Assembly (NCBI GenBank): GCA_050178385.1
Contig: JBFXGD010000031.1
Span: 1-28,285 of the forward strand
DNA from: Calditrichaceae bacterium
Lineage (GTDB): Bacteria > Calditrichota > Calditrichia > Calditrichales > JBFXGD01
Direction of reading: 5' to 3'
DNA length: 28,285 nt
The translations under genes and the position numbers were made by a program. The notes beneath the pieces are model-generated. The model saw only the letters and a program-made list of their open reading frames with translations, did not search any database and was not told where the DNA came from. Shown here one piece after another: positions 27,449 through 28,285 of this stretch (positions are counted from its first letter, which is position 1; each line of letters opens with the position of its first letter).

Positions 27449-28285
27449 TTATGATCTTAAATATTGCTCCGCAAATTGCACCCTTCTGGAGACAGAAGGA
27501 TGACTGTGAAACAAAAATTCCACCACCGGATTTGGTGACTGATCACTCAGATTTGTGTCACTTAATTTTTGCATCGCGACGATAAACGCTTCCGGCTCAT
27601 TGCTGTTATCCAGAGCATAACGGTCAGCTTGCCGTTCATGTTGCCGGCTGATTGCATTCTCAACCGGATTAAATATGAAAGTGATGACTCCAAGAACGAT
27701 TGAAAGCAGCGGCAATGCCGCAAGATCACTCAACCCGTTAAAGCCCCAGGAAAAAACCATACCGCTGTAAATGATATGCGCGATATACAGACTTAAATAA
27801 CTTGTTATTGTACCCGTAATGACTCCGATTAAAAGATGTTTATGAACATAATGTCCGACTTCATGAGCAAAAACAGTTTCAATCTCGTCCAGAGAAAATT
27901 TTTCCAGTAGGGTGTCTCCCAAAATGATTCTTTTAGATTTTCCAAATCCTGTAAAAGCCGCGTTTGCCTTGTTTGTGGTTTTGCTTAGATTAAAACGATA
28001 AACGCCGTCCAGATTAAATTTACCATTCCCCGCGAGCCGGTTCATTCTGCCGAGCAATTCTTCATTATCCAATTTTTCAAATTTATAAAACAATGGGAAT
28101 ATGACCTGTGGCGCGATTCTTCCTATGATCACCGAAAAAACAAATAGCGCCGTCGCCGTCCAAAACCACCAGGTATCAGGATAATTTCTCAGAAAAAAAT
28201 AGAACAGAACCAGAATCGGCGTAAAAAGCACAAGTCCGACTGCCAGTCCTTTCATTTTCTCAAGAATCCAACCTTTAATACTTTG
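27449..28285 (-). CDS. M48 family (Ste24-like) membrane zinc metalloprotease, 5'-truncated by window edge
   Basis: NAAFTGFGKSKRIILGDTLL, HEVGH, ISRQHERQAD, HSHP. The frame stays open to base 28285 (QSIKGWILEK precedes the track Met). Confidence 0.93.
   Translation of the reverse strand, partial: QSIKGWILEKMKGLAVGLVLFTPILVLFYFFLRNYPDTWWFWTATALFVFSVIIGRIAPQVIFPLFYKFEKLDNEELLGRMNRLAGNGKFNLDGVYRFNLSKTTNKANAAFTGFGKSKRIILGDTLLEKFSLDEIETVFAHEVGHYVHKHLLIGVITGTITSYLSLYIAHIIYSGMVFSWGFNGLSDLAALPLLSIVLGVITFIFNPVENAISRQHERQADRYALDNSNEPEAFIVAMQKLSDTNLSDQSPNPVVEFLFHSHPSVSRRVQFAEQYLRS

Noticed and set aside
1..28285. CRISPR arrays, tRNA/rRNA genes, frameshifted pseudogenes
   Set aside because: No regularly spaced repeats or cloverleaf/rRNA signatures were seen by eye, and all major genes appear intact apart from edge truncations.

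Overview
A gene-dense bacterial chromosomal window from a diderm, probably FCB-group or a relative such as Calditrichota (inferred from protein styles, not proven). From left to right it holds: the truncated 5' end of sucA (minus strand, absent from the ORF track); a 587-bp divergent intergenic region with a perfect sigma70 promoter driving YitT and a ROK sugar kinase; an uncharacterised minus-strand operon of a 699-aa repeat lipoprotein and an outer-membrane beta-barrel, bounded by a near-consensus sigma28 (FliA/SigD-type) promoter and an intrinsic terminator; and an archease-RtcB RNA ligase pair. A roughly 20-kb minus-strand cell-envelope run follows: M48 protease, TamB, TamA-like Omp85, a TPR lipoprotein, then an expanded MoxR/DUF58/BatABCDE cluster. 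That cluster also carries two extra BatD-like membrane proteins, a TPR + PPIase-less SurA/PrsA-like lipoprotein, a DUF4340 protein and a terminal SPOR lipoprotein. I saw no tRNA, rRNA, CRISPR array or mobile element. The best candidates for undescribed biology are the sigma28-controlled lipoprotein/barrel module and the expanded Bat system with its catalytically deleted foldase.
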